From Patescibacteria group bacterium (GTDB taxonomy: Bacteria; Patescibacteriota; Minisyncoccia; 2-02-FULL-40-12; GWA2-44-9): a stretch of DNA of 44,993 nucleotides. This document shows positions 35,749 to 44,449 of the stretch, piece by piece. The stretch covers positions 3,100-48,092 of the forward strand of contig JBBTSY010000005.1 of NCBI GenBank assembly GCA_038064515.1, given 5' to 3'. Each line of letters opens with the position of its first letter. Positions within the stretch are counted from its first letter, which is position 1. Both the position numbers and the translations under genes were made by a program. The notes under the pieces are model-generated. The model was not told the origin of the DNA, did not search any database, and worked only from the letters and a program-made list of their open reading frames with translations.

Positions 35749-36093
35749 TTACATGACTAGTTTTGGGCCTAGGCGTTTTCCGCCCAAAATATGAATATGC
35801 AAGTGCGGCACTAATTTACCGCCATACTCTCCTTCATTAAGCACCAATCGATAGCCACGATCCAATCCTTGTTCCTTCGCTACCTTTTCAGCGGTAAGAA
35901 ACGCTCGGCCCAATAATGCGGCATCCGTAGCTTGAAACTTTGCCAGGCTGTCGAAATGCTGTTTTGGGATGACTAATAAATGTACCGGTGCGGCAGGCTT
36001 GATATCCTTTATTACCATGAATTCGTCGTCTTGATAGACTGGGTCGGATTTCAATGCACCTCCAATAATTTTGCAAAAAACATCATCAATCAT
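35749..36093 (-). CDS. HIT-family (HinT-like) nucleotide hydrolase
   Basis: HLHIHILGG histidine-triad motif. Confidence 0.9.
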   Translation of the reverse strand: MIDDVFCKIIGGALKSDPVYQDDEFMVIKDIKPAAPVHLLVIPKQHFDSLAKFQATDAALLGRAFLTAEKVAKEQGLDRGYRLVLNEGEYGGKLVPHLHIHILGGKRLGPKLVM

Positions 36094-36102
36094 GCTAAGT
36101 TT

Positions 36103-37413
36103 TTACTTCTTTAAGCGTTTTTTTAATTCGTCAACAATCTTTTCTAGCGGGATGTTCTCCTGAATGCCGCTATCCATTTCCCTAAGTATGACGGTATCGT
36201 CAAGCGCTTCTTTTTGCCCGAAAATCAACGCATACTTTACGCCCAAGCGGTTTGCAATGCGTAATTGGGCCTTAATGCTATCACGGCCAAGCGATGACTT
36301 GATCTCAATACCCGCTTTTCTAACTTCCTCAAAAAGAATAAGGCTCTTGCGTTTAGCCATTTCTCCAAGTTGCGCCAGAAATACCTTTGGCTTGATACCG
36401 ATCTCTGGTACATTTACCTGTCCTTCTTTCAGCGCAGAGATAACACGCTCTATGCCCATAGCCCATCCCGCGGCAGGAGTTTTTGGGCCACCGAGCTGAT
36501 CTACCATGCGATCATATCGGCCACCGGCAATGACCGTAGATTGAGAACCGACATTTTCTTCGGGTAGAAACTCAAAAACGGTTCGGGTGTAATAATCTAA
36601 TCCTCGAACGAGGTACGGGTTGAGAATGTATGGGATCTTGGCTTCGTCGAGAAATTCAAGAACATTTTTAAAATGATTTTTGCATTCCTCATCTAGGTAG
36701 TCCATCATTTGGGGCGCTCCTTGAATTACTTCTTGGCATCCTTCTTCCTTGCAATCAAGTACTCGCAGGACATTTTTTTTAAGACGGATTTTGCAATTAC
36801 TACAGCTCTTTTTCATACGTGTTTTATAATAGTCCTTGAGAGCGCGGATGTACGCCGGACGACAGTTTTGGTCACCGATGCTATTAATATGGATATTGTA
36901 ATTTCCCAATCCTAGAGAATTAAGAATCTTGTATCCCAAAAAGAGCAACTCCGCATCAATGGCTTCGGAGCTATCCCCAAGTGTTTCAACACCCAGTTGG
37001 AAAAACTGGCGATATCTCCCCTGTTGAGGCTGATCGTGCCGGAACATCGGCTCCACATAATAGAGCTTCACGGGGTGAGGACGAACTTGCATTCCATTTT
37101 CGATATAGGCGCGCACGACCGCTGGAGTGCCTTCCGGTCGAAGTGCTAGGTCATCACCACCTTTTGTTTTGAAATTATAAATCTCTTTCTCAATAATATC
37201 GGTTGATTCCCCGGTCCCGCGCAAGAATAAATCGGTGAACTCTAAAACCGGCGTTGAAATTTTTTCAAAAGCGTAATCTTCGAGCAAGGATTCTGCTTTG
37301 CGCAACACATAGCGCCAATATTTCTGCTCTTCGGGAAGAATGTCGCGCATTCCCCGCGGAGCTTGCAATCCTTTTGGTTTCTTTATTTTCGTAGGTGTAT
37401 TAGTTTCCTGCAT
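36103..37413 (-). CDS. hisS: Histidyl-tRNA synthetase
   Basis: Class II aaRS with HisRS blocks (LRPEGT, GGGRYD-type AGGRYD). Confidence 0.93.
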   Translation of the reverse strand: MQETNTPTKIKKPKGLQAPRGMRDILPEEQKYWRYVLRKAESLLEDYAFEKISTPVLEFTDLFLRGTGESTDIIEKEIYNFKTKGGDDLALRPEGTPAVVRAYIENGMQVRPHPVKLYYVEPMFRHDQPQQGRYRQFFQLGVETLGDSSEAIDAELLFLGYKILNSLGLGNYNIHINSIGDQNCRPAYIRALKDYYKTRMKKSCSNCKIRLKKNVLRVLDCKEEGCQEVIQGAPQMMDYLDEECKNHFKNVLEFLDEAKIPYILNPYLVRGLDYYTRTVFEFLPEENVGSQSTVIAGGRYDRMVDQLGGPKTPAAGWAMGIERVISALKEGQVNVPEIGIKPKVFLAQLGEMAKRKSLILFEEVRKAGIEIKSSLGRDSIKAQLRIANRLGVKYALIFGQKEALDDTVILREMDSGIQENIPLEKIVDELKKRLKK

Positions 37414-37990
37414 CAGGATATGTTACTCGCGGAATTTTTGTAATTACGTCAAACGGCCATAGACGAATCCAAGCTCGCCCAGCGATAAACGAGCGATTCA
37501 ACGCATCCCAGCTTCGAGAATCTGAACTTTGAAGCCGGTTATCGCCCAAAACGAAGAATTCATTGTCGTCAAGCTTCCAGACTTTATTACCGTCGGTTCG
37601 TTGATAGTCAGCCAAATACGCTTCCTCCAAGATTTCTCCGGCCGGATTATCGGTATTGTAGATCGTTACCTTATTACCCTTTACTTGAATGGTTTCTCCA
37701 GGCAGACCGATCACTCGCTTAATAAAGTAGTCTTTGGGATCCTTCGGATAGCGAAATACGATCACATCGCCCCGTTTAAAATCGTCAAATCGATAGCTCA
37801 ATTTATCCACAAGAATATAGTCTTTATCGTGGAAATTAGGCACCATTGAGCTCCCTTTAACAAAAAACGGCTGGACCAGATAGTATCGTATTGGCACGAT
37901 AATAGCAAGCGAAAGAACTACTATTTTTACCGTTTCCCAGATGAAAGAAAAAAACTCGTCACTGAAGCGGATGGGTGTTTCTTCGTGCAT
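37400..37990 (-). CDS. lepB: Signal peptidase I
   Basis: GSSMVPN and GDNRLQSSDSR motifs. Confidence 0.92.
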   Translation of the reverse strand: MHEETPIRFSDEFFSFIWETVKIVVLSLAIIVPIRYYLVQPFFVKGSSMVPNFHDKDYILVDKLSYRFDDFKRGDVIVFRYPKDPKDYFIKRVIGLPGETIQVKGNKVTIYNTDNPAGEILEEAYLADYQRTDGNKVWKLDDNEFFVLGDNRLQSSDSRSWDALNRSFIAGRAWIRLWPFDVITKIPRVTYPDAGN

Positions 37991-38109
37991 AAATATTATT
38001 GCATTATATAAATAACTTCCATACTATATCACTAAATCAACTCCTTTTCAAACTCGCCGAAATCGAGCACCTAAACATAATTTATGTGCCACAACTTGGG
38101 CGGGCGAAT

Positions 38110-38139
38110 TTGCTTCGGTGCCGAAAAAAGCGCTATACT
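38110..38139 (+). promoter_or_regulatory. Candidate promoter of pth, about 11 nt before the start codon
   Basis: TTGCTT (38110-38115), an 18-nt spacer, then TATACT (38134-38139). The pth ATG is at 38150. Confidence 0.45.
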
Positions 38140-38149
38140 ATGGACACCA

Positions 38150-38740
38150 ATGGTTATAAAACTCATCATCGGATTAGGCAATCCAGACGCGGAATACGAA
38201 AATACCAGACATAATTTGGGATTTCTGTTTATTGAGTCCCTGGCCAGTGATCATGGGTCTGATCTCATTCTCGACAAGAAGATCGGCGCACGGGTCGCCA
38301 AGAGCAAGATGATCCTCGGCGGTAAGAATTATTCCGTGATTTTTGCCCGACCCGAATCGTACGTAAATACAAGCGGTCCTATTATTGTAAAACTCAAAAC
38401 CGTTTATAAGGCAAGGCCGGAGGACATAATTATAGTGCACGATGATCTCGACATTCCCTTTGGGAGTGTAAAACTTTCCTTTGATAAAAACTCTGGGGGA
38501 CATCGCGGCGTGGAGTCGATTATGAAAGCAATTAAAACCAAAAAATTCTTCCGCATTCGGCTTGGCACTGCCAACTCAACCCTCAAGAAAGCCTATAACC
38601 AAAGCGAGAACGCTAAAGATGCGTTAATTAAGAACTTTGTACTCGCAAAACTTACTCCCAAGGAAAAGGGAGAGCTTAAAAAACTTTTTAAAGACGCGAA
38701 AGATCTTCTCTCTTCTTCTGGCACTCAACTCGCCCGGTAA
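38150..38740 (+). CDS. pth: Peptidyl-tRNA hydrolase
   Basis: I chose the start at MVIKLIIGLGNPDAEYENTRHNLGF. Confidence 0.92.
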   Translation: MVIKLIIGLGNPDAEYENTRHNLGFLFIESLASDHGSDLILDKKIGARVAKSKMILGGKNYSVIFARPESYVNTSGPIIVKLKTVYKARPEDIIIVHDDLDIPFGSVKLSFDKNSGGHRGVESIMKAIKTKKFFRIRLGTANSTLKKAYNQSENAKDALIKNFVLAKLTPKEKGELKKLFKDAKDLLSSSGTQLAR

Positions 38741-38824
38741 ATCAAAAACCCCACCTTCTGGGCATATGACCTTTGGTACTTCCAAGGATCACGAGATCAG
38801 AAAGCGGGGTTTTGATTTGAGAAG

Positions 38825-39508
38825 CTAGTCTTCCATTTTGTGCTTAAGGCGCCCCACGAACTCTTCGGCGTGCTTGACGCCTCCGAGACCGAATGACAAA
38901 CCAAGAGCAAGTGAAAGAGCGGCAATTAATCCCATAATGACGATTCTGATGACATCGTCAGCAACACGCAACTGAACAAGAGCAATCAACATCGAGAAGA
39001 TGAAAACTGCCCACTTCGTCAACGAACCCAAGAAGTTCGACGAAGCCAATCCCGCCGTTCGGACTGAAGCACGAACCGTGCTTTCTAAGAATTTTGCAAC
39101 TAAAATACCAATGAGAAGGATAATGGCGGCAACTATCACATTAGGAATGTACAGAACAACCGTTCGCAAAAATTCACTAACTTGGTCCAAACCGAGAATG
39201 TTCGCCGCTGCCATCAAGAAGACGATAACGAAGAACCACTTCACGATTTCATAGAAAAACATGGCACTCGAAAGATGAAAACCGCTTCGTTCCCATGCTT
39301 CCTTGAGCCCTATCTTACTGAGCGCATTATCGATATGCAATACGCGTACCAAATGGTAGGCCAATTTTGCCAGAAGAACCGCGATTAGCCAGCCAACGAG
39401 AAAAACGATGAGAGCTGCGACAATTCGAGGTGCATATCCGGCAACGCCTGACCATAACGTGAGCAATGACGTACGTACAACATCTGGCGCTGATACTACT
39501 TCAAACAT
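38825..39508 (-). CDS. Membrane protein with repeated conserved TM helices (small MscS-like family)
   Basis: 227 aa with a repeated hydrophobic helix pattern. The family assignment is tentative. Confidence 0.5.
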   Translation of the reverse strand: MFEVVSAPDVVRTSLLTLWSGVAGYAPRIVAALIVFLVGWLIAVLLAKLAYHLVRVLHIDNALSKIGLKEAWERSGFHLSSAMFFYEIVKWFFVIVFLMAAANILGLDQVSEFLRTVVLYIPNVIVAAIILLIGILVAKFLESTVRASVRTAGLASSNFLGSLTKWAVFIFSMLIALVQLRVADDVIRIVIMGLIAALSLALGLSFGLGGVKHAEEFVGRLKHKMED

Positions 39509-39589
39509 AGTGCACCCCCTTTCGCCATATAGTAATCACTTCTGTATTTTAGCATGTTTTGGGGCTGACAAACATCAAAATGTGGATAA

Positions 39590-40327
39590 TCAATGAAACT
39601 GAACAACTAAAGAACCACGTGATCCAAGAGCTTCTTTTTGAACAATCCGAATAATAAGCGCTGTCGCCACCACGAGACCAGCGACGAACATGCCGACAGC
39701 GATATATTTCCAGATACGGGGACGTTTTTTAGTTACGAGAAGAAATTCCTTAGAAAGACTGTTGACGGTAGAATCAATCTCCCGTTCTGACTTTGTTTGG
39801 GCGATATCCTTAAAAGGGTCAGTGATAGCTGTGGCATCTTTTACAACTTGCTGGAAATAAGTGGCGTTAAAGAATCGGATAATATCATAGCGGCTCAATA
39901 CGCCAACAAGGATTCCGTTATCATCCACGACGCAGAGCGGGTTCACCCGATGGTGCTCGGCAAAAAGCTTAGCGGCTTCATCAATACTGACATTCTGCCC
40001 TATCGTCAGTGCTTTAGGATTCATGATCTGCTTCGCTTTGATTTCTTTAAGCTTATTGAAGTGTTCGTCCAGATCTTTGCGATCAGCCTGGTTTACCGCA
40101 ATCTGTCCCATAATACCAATGATCGTCGGCAAGTGCATACCTGAACTCTGCACGATCATATCGTACGCGGTGACGATGCCAAGGAGCTTTCTCTCCACAC
40201 CGATTACCGGCATGCCGTCATAGTCATATTTCTCAAAAAGCTGCGCTACGAATTCTAAGCTATCCTCGGCATTCAGCGCGAGGACGTCTTTTGTCATAAC
40301 GTCTTTTACCTTTGCAAATTCAACCAT
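39590..40327 (-). CDS. CBS-domain pair protein with a C-terminal TM anchor
   Basis: Two CBS-like repeats (VMTKDV..., GIVTAYDMI, GVLSRYDIIRF). Confidence 0.75.
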   Translation of the reverse strand: MVEFAKVKDVMTKDVLALNAEDSLEFVAQLFEKYDYDGMPVIGVERKLLGIVTAYDMIVQSSGMHLPTIIGIMGQIAVNQADRKDLDEHFNKLKEIKAKQIMNPKALTIGQNVSIDEAAKLFAEHHRVNPLCVVDDNGILVGVLSRYDIIRFFNATYFQQVVKDATAITDPFKDIAQTKSEREIDSTVNSLSKEFLLVTKKRPRIWKYIAVGMFVAGLVVATALIIRIVQKEALGSRGSLVVQFH

Positions 40328-40363
40328 AGGATAAGTGTACCAAAAATAGCCCCATAAGACGAG

Positions 40364-41386
40364 CTAAACTTTCGGCACATCGAGCTTCTCTACCTCTTCC
40401 TGCCTCCCTATTTCCACCACTGTTTTTACCCGTTCTACCATGAGGTCAAGGCGTTTTTCGGTTCCTTCGTAAGCACTGCTGGCATTTGAGATATGTTTCC
40501 CCAGTAAACGAAACTCATCAGCCAGTTTGGCTCCGTCCGTAGCAATGCGATCTAACCGCTTCATAATTTCGCGGGTTTGTTTATTTACTTCGACATCCTT
40601 AAACCAATGGTAGAGGGCAGACGTGGAAAGGAAAAACGTATTGGGAGAAACAATAAGTATTTTCTTATTGCGCGCATAGGCGGGAATGTCGATGTCTTTA
40701 ATATTATTAATGAGTTCGTAATACACGGTTTCCGCCGGTACATACATAATGGCAAGATCGGTTGTTCCCTCGGAAGGAAGAATGTATTTTGATGCAATCT
40801 CATCAACTTTTTTCTTCACATCGGAAAAGAATTGCTTTCGATAGATGTCGCGATTCATATCCGTTTCAGCGTTGACCATCTTCTCGAAGTTTTCCCAATT
40901 AAACTTTGAATCAATCGGTAGGATCAGCTGATTTGGTAAACGAATAACGGCGTCCACCACCTCACCAGATTTGAAATAATACTGCATCTGATATATATCT
41001 CTGGAAAAATATTGGCCCAGGGCGGCTTCCAATGACGCTTCACCCCAAATACCGCGCAACTTCGGCGACTTAAAAATATCCTGAAAAGAAGAAACATTTT
41101 TCACTGAATCCTGTACCTGCTTCACAGTCTCTTGGAGCTGGGTCATGCCCTGCGTGAAACTATGCACCTGCTGATGCACTGAAAGCGTTGCCCGTTCCGC
41201 AGACTGACGACCTGATTCAAGCTGATCGGTGATAAGCTTTGCAAATGAGTCCAGCCGCTGATGGAGCACGAGCGTATTATTGCTTGGCTCTTTTTTGCGC
41301 GATTGCAGTACCAGGTAGATATTGATACCCAGCATAATTAACGCCGCAACCGCAACGATGCCGATAAGAAGATATATTGGATTCAT
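40364..41386 (-). CDS. rmuC: DNA recombination protein RmuC
   Basis: N-terminal TM segment plus coiled coil plus an RmuC-type C-terminal domain (MYVPAETVYYE). Confidence 0.8.
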   Translation of the reverse strand: MNPIYLLIGIVAVAALIMLGINIYLVLQSRKKEPSNNTLVLHQRLDSFAKLITDQLESGRQSAERATLSVHQQVHSFTQGMTQLQETVKQVQDSVKNVSSFQDIFKSPKLRGIWGEASLEAALGQYFSRDIYQMQYYFKSGEVVDAVIRLPNQLILPIDSKFNWENFEKMVNAETDMNRDIYRKQFFSDVKKKVDEIASKYILPSEGTTDLAIMYVPAETVYYELINNIKDIDIPAYARNKKILIVSPNTFFLSTSALYHWFKDVEVNKQTREIMKRLDRIATDGAKLADEFRLLGKHISNASSAYEGTEKRLDLMVERVKTVVEIGRQEEVEKLDVPKV

Positions 41387-41388
41387 GA

Positions 41389-41479
41389 TGGTGGACTATT
41401 CTTAAAGTAGTTCGGACGCATTTCGCCGCCTGCGGCGGCGGGGGTTTGGCCAAAAATTCCGAACCGAAATCCTGAATTT
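41389..41479. repeat. attL-like site: 8-bp core TGGTGGAC plus 83-bp arm X
   Basis: Identical in inverted orientation to 42480-42570. The core equals the tRNA-Ala 3' end. Confidence 0.8.
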
Positions 41480-41512
41480 TGACAATTTCAAGTTTTTCTT
41501 TGGCGGCAAATT

Positions 41513-42379
41513 CTAGTTACAGAAATTTTCATTAAATGAAAATTTCTCGCCAAGTGAACGAAGGAGTTCGGGATAATCCATTTTACCAGAAGAGAAAGGC
41601 CCCTTACTTAGAACAAAGACCCTGTCTCCCTGAGTACAGCCGAGCAATAGGAATAATTCTGTATCCGGCGCGGGAGGTGTTGTCCTGTTCGATAGCAGTA
41701 ATGCCTGAACTTTTTGAGAAGATATGGTGACTACCTCTTTATTCTTAAAATTCCCAAAGAAACCACTTTGTGCCCACTGCAAATATTCTCTCGAGGCATT
41801 CCCGGCATCAAATTGATTTTTTGCAATTGTGAGCAATTTATCATCCATGGATTTCATAAATTGCTCTAATGATTGACCGTGTTGTTTGGGCAACACAACA
41901 GCATCAATTTCGCGAAGTAACTCAAGAACTGTGGGTGGCTCACCGAGGTAACCGAATTGATTTAATTTGTCGCTCGATGTCTTCGTAATTTCATTCCAGC
42001 GTTCAGGAGAAACAAGAGCATAATGAGCTTGTACACCAAATTGATCGTCAAGAAACCACGCTAGACCACCTTGGCCATAGAACAATTTGGAGGATTCCTT
42101 CTTAGTAACATCAGTGGGCAAATCAGCAATCGAAAATACTCGCCATGCTGGCCCTAGGTCAAGAGCTAGTTCCCCTAAAGAAAAATCTACGCGAACAGAC
42201 GAATTACCCACTTGATAGGAAAGTTGGTTGGGAAAAATTTTATTGGATTCTTTTTGTTTTACCCACCAATAAATTCCACCGCCAACAATTATGGCGGTCA
42301 AAATAACAGTAACAACTGTAACAAAAGGCAAAGAATTATTTTTAGGAGTAGGGCCAATCTGATTTATTTCTTGTTCCAT
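41513..42379 (-). CDS. Hypothetical membrane-anchored protein, 288 aa (element cargo)
   Basis: N-terminal TM helix. No motif recognised. Confidence 0.6.
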   Translation of the reverse strand: MEQEINQIGPTPKNNSLPFVTVVTVILTAIIVGGGIYWWVKQKESNKIFPNQLSYQVGNSSVRVDFSLGELALDLGPAWRVFSIADLPTDVTKKESSKLFYGQGGLAWFLDDQFGVQAHYALVSPERWNEITKTSSDKLNQFGYLGEPPTVLELLREIDAVVLPKQHGQSLEQFMKSMDDKLLTIAKNQFDAGNASREYLQWAQSGFFGNFKNKEVVTISSQKVQALLLSNRTTPPAPDTELFLLLGCTQGDRVFVLSKGPFSSGKMDYPELLRSLGEKFSFNENFCN

Positions 42380-42479
42380 AGTATTATGATTAAAAATGTT
42401 AATTTATGAAAAATTTTCTTTTCCCAAAATTAAAATGCAGTCCGAGCCGATATTTTTATCAGGTTCTTTGGCAGTTTTT

Positions 42480-42663
42480 AAATTCAGGATTTCGGTTCGG
42501 AATTTTTGGCCAAACCCCCGCCGCCGCAGGCGGCGAAATGCGTCCGAACTACTTTAAGAATAGTCCACCAGACAGGAAATTGCAAGCAAGGGGCATTCGC
42601 CTCGTTTTGCTCGGCGACCAAATCGTAAGGTTTTCTGGGCGAAAAAATCAGTTGGCGATTCTG
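42480..42663. repeat. Inverted attP-like junction: arm X', core GTCCACCA (42563-42570), arm Y'
   Basis: 42480-42570 is the reverse complement of 41389-41479. 42563-42663 is the reverse complement of 44073-44173. Confidence 0.85.
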
Positions 42664-42698
42664 CATTTTGGGAAAAGAAAATTTTTAGTCAAAGCCAT

Positions 42699-44195
42699 AT
42701 GAAATATATACTTTACGCTCGCAAGAGTACCGAGGACGAGGATGGGCAGATTTTGAGCATTGAGGCCCAAATCTTTGAATTAAAAGAATTTGCCGCCAAA
42801 GAAAAACTTGAAATTGTCGCTTCCTTTCAGGAAGCAAAAACTGCCAAAGAACCTGGGCGAATGAAATTCGCAGAAATGTTGTCATTGATTGAGAAAGGAA
42901 AGGCGGATGGCATACTTTCATGGAATCCTGATCGTCTTGCTCGCAATTCAGTAGACGGCGGGAAAATAATTCACATGATAGATCGCGGCTTGATTAAAGC
43001 GTTGAAGTTCCCAACGTTCTGGTTTGAACCGACACCACAGGGACTTTTCATGCTTCAAATTGCTTTTGGACAAAGTAAGTATTATGTAGATGCTCTGCGT
43101 GAAAATGTTACTCGTGGTATGAGGCAAAAAGTGAGAAACGGCGTTTGGCCAAGCAAAGCGCCACTCGGCTATCTCAATAATCCCAAAACGCGAGGAATTG
43201 ATGTTGATACCGAGAAAGCTTCTGAAGTTAAGAAAGTTTTTGATCTCTACGCCACTGGAAACTACAATCTCCGAGAATTAGCCGAGTGGTGTAAGCGAGT
43301 AAATCTCAAAAGCAATTTGGGCAATGACATTTCAATTGGAAAAGTCCATGAGCTTTTACAAAATGTCTTCTACCTTGGCCTTATGAAATACAAGGGCGAA
43401 CTCTACGAAGCCACTCACAAGCCAATCATTTCAAAGAAACTTTTTGATAAGGTGCAAGTAATTATGCGAGAAAAAGGTAAGCCGCAAAAAGTGAAGAAAC
43501 ATAATTTTACTTTTCTTGGACTTATGAAATGCCCTTGTTCGGCAGCAATAACCGCCGAAAAGAAGATCAAGCCAAGTGGCAGAGAATATGTTTATTACCG
43601 ATGCACAAAAAAGAAAGGCCCATGCCAGGAAAAGTATTTTTTGCGGCAGGAAGAATTGTATCAGCAAGTTAGATCATTTCTTCAAAAAGTTTCTTTGCCG
43701 AGCCAAGACACCGAAAAAGTTTTGCGCGAGCTGGAAAAAGAAGAATCGCAAGCGAAAGAACAAGCTAAAATCACTGTTCAAAATCTCAAAACCAAGTTAG
43801 CCGAAGTCGGGCTAAAATTGGAAAAACTTCTCGATGTGTATTTGGAAGAAACCATAACCGCCGAGGAATACGCCTCACGCAAAGAAAAACTGGTCAAGCA
43901 AAAAGTCGGTTTACAAGAACAAATCCGAGATTTTGAACAGAAAGGGTTGTCATGGCTCGAACCGGCTCGTGAGTTCGTTTTATCGTTAAATCAAGCCGCT
44001 AAAATGCTTGAGTCCGAAAACAAAACCGAGATGACAACATTTCTTAAAAATATCGGCTCGGACTGCATTTTACAGAATCGCCAACTGATTTTTTCGCCCA
44101 GAAAACCTTACGATTTGGTCGCCGAGCAAAACGAGGCGAATGCCCCTTGCTTGCAATTTCCTGTCTGGTGGACCCTAGCGGATTCGAACCGCTGA
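42699..44195 (+). CDS. Large serine recombinase
   Basis: Resolvase-type N-terminus (YARKSTEDEDGQILSIEAQ), a recombinase domain, a Cys-rich zinc ribbon (CPCS...YYRCTKKKGPC) and a coiled coil. The last 41 codons run through arm Y, the core, and the antisense strand of tRNA-Ala. Confidence 0.88.
   Translation: MKYILYARKSTEDEDGQILSIEAQIFELKEFAAKEKLEIVASFQEAKTAKEPGRMKFAEMLSLIEKGKADGILSWNPDRLARNSVDGGKIIHMIDRGLIKALKFPTFWFEPTPQGLFMLQIAFGQSKYYVDALRENVTRGMRQKVRNGVWPSKAPLGYLNNPKTRGIDVDTEKASEVKKVFDLYATGNYNLRELAEWCKRVNLKSNLGNDISIGKVHELLQNVFYLGLMKYKGELYEATHKPIISKKLFDKVQVIMREKGKPQKVKKHNFTFLGLMKCPCSAAITAEKKIKPSGREYVYYRCTKKKGPCQEKYFLRQEELYQQVRSFLQKVSLPSQDTEKVLRELEKEESQAKEQAKITVQNLKTKLAEVGLKLEKLLDVYLEETITAEEYASRKEKLVKQKVGLQEQIRDFEQKGLSWLEPAREFVLSLNQAAKMLESENKTEMTTFLKNIGSDCILQNRQLIFSPRKPYDLVAEQNEANAPCLQFPVWWTLADSNR
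44073..44173. repeat. attR-like site: 93-bp arm Y plus core TGGTGGAC
   Basis: Identical in inverted orientation to 42563-42663. The core is the 3' end of tRNA-Ala. Confidence 0.85.
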
Positions 44196-44241
44196 CCTCC
44201 TCATTGCAAATGAGGCGCTCTACCAACTGAGCTAAGGGCCC
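44166..44241 (-). tRNA. tRNA-Ala (anticodon UGC), CCA encoded
   Basis: Hand-folded cloverleaf with the G3:U70 identity pair, anticodon loop UUUGCAA and T-loop GGTTCGAATCC. Confidence 0.93.
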
Positions 44242-44252
44242 GTGGTTCCGTG

Positions 44253-44324
44253 TGGGCGACGAAGGAATCGAACCTTCGACCTCTGTCTTATCAGGACAGC
44301 GTTCTACCACTGAACTAGTCGCCC
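44253..44324 (-). tRNA. tRNA-Ile (anticodon GAU)
   Basis: Hand-folded cloverleaf with acceptor GGGCGAC/GTCGCCC, anticodon loop CUGAUAA and T-loop UUCGAUU. Confidence 0.92.
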
Positions 44325-44348
44325 AACTTGCCGTTAAAAACAAATGAA

Positions 44349-44377
44349 ACTATACCAAAAATGGCACGAATGATCAA
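44349..44377 (-). promoter_or_regulatory. Promoter of the tRNA-Ile / tRNA-Ala unit
   Basis: On the minus strand TTGATC (44377-44372), a 17-nt spacer, then TATAGT (44354-44349), about 25 nt before the tRNA-Ile 5' end. Confidence 0.6.
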
Positions 44378-44408
44378 ATTTCTAAGTTGATGAAAAAGCA
44401 GTTACCTC

Positions 44409-44437
44409 TTGTCAAAATTGAATGAATATTGTATACT
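44409..44437 (+). promoter_or_regulatory. Promoter of the uracil-DNA glycosylase gene
   Basis: TTGTCA (44409-44414), a 17-nt spacer, then TATACT (44432-44437). Confidence 0.6.
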
Positions 44438-44449
44438 GAAGTCACTTCA

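Larger units (their letters stand above)
41389..44173. mobile_element. Integrated 2.8-kb serine-recombinase element at the tRNA-Ala 3' end
   Basis: The core is triplicated, the arm combinations match attL/attR/attP logic, and a large serine recombinase gene lies inside. Confidence 0.7.
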
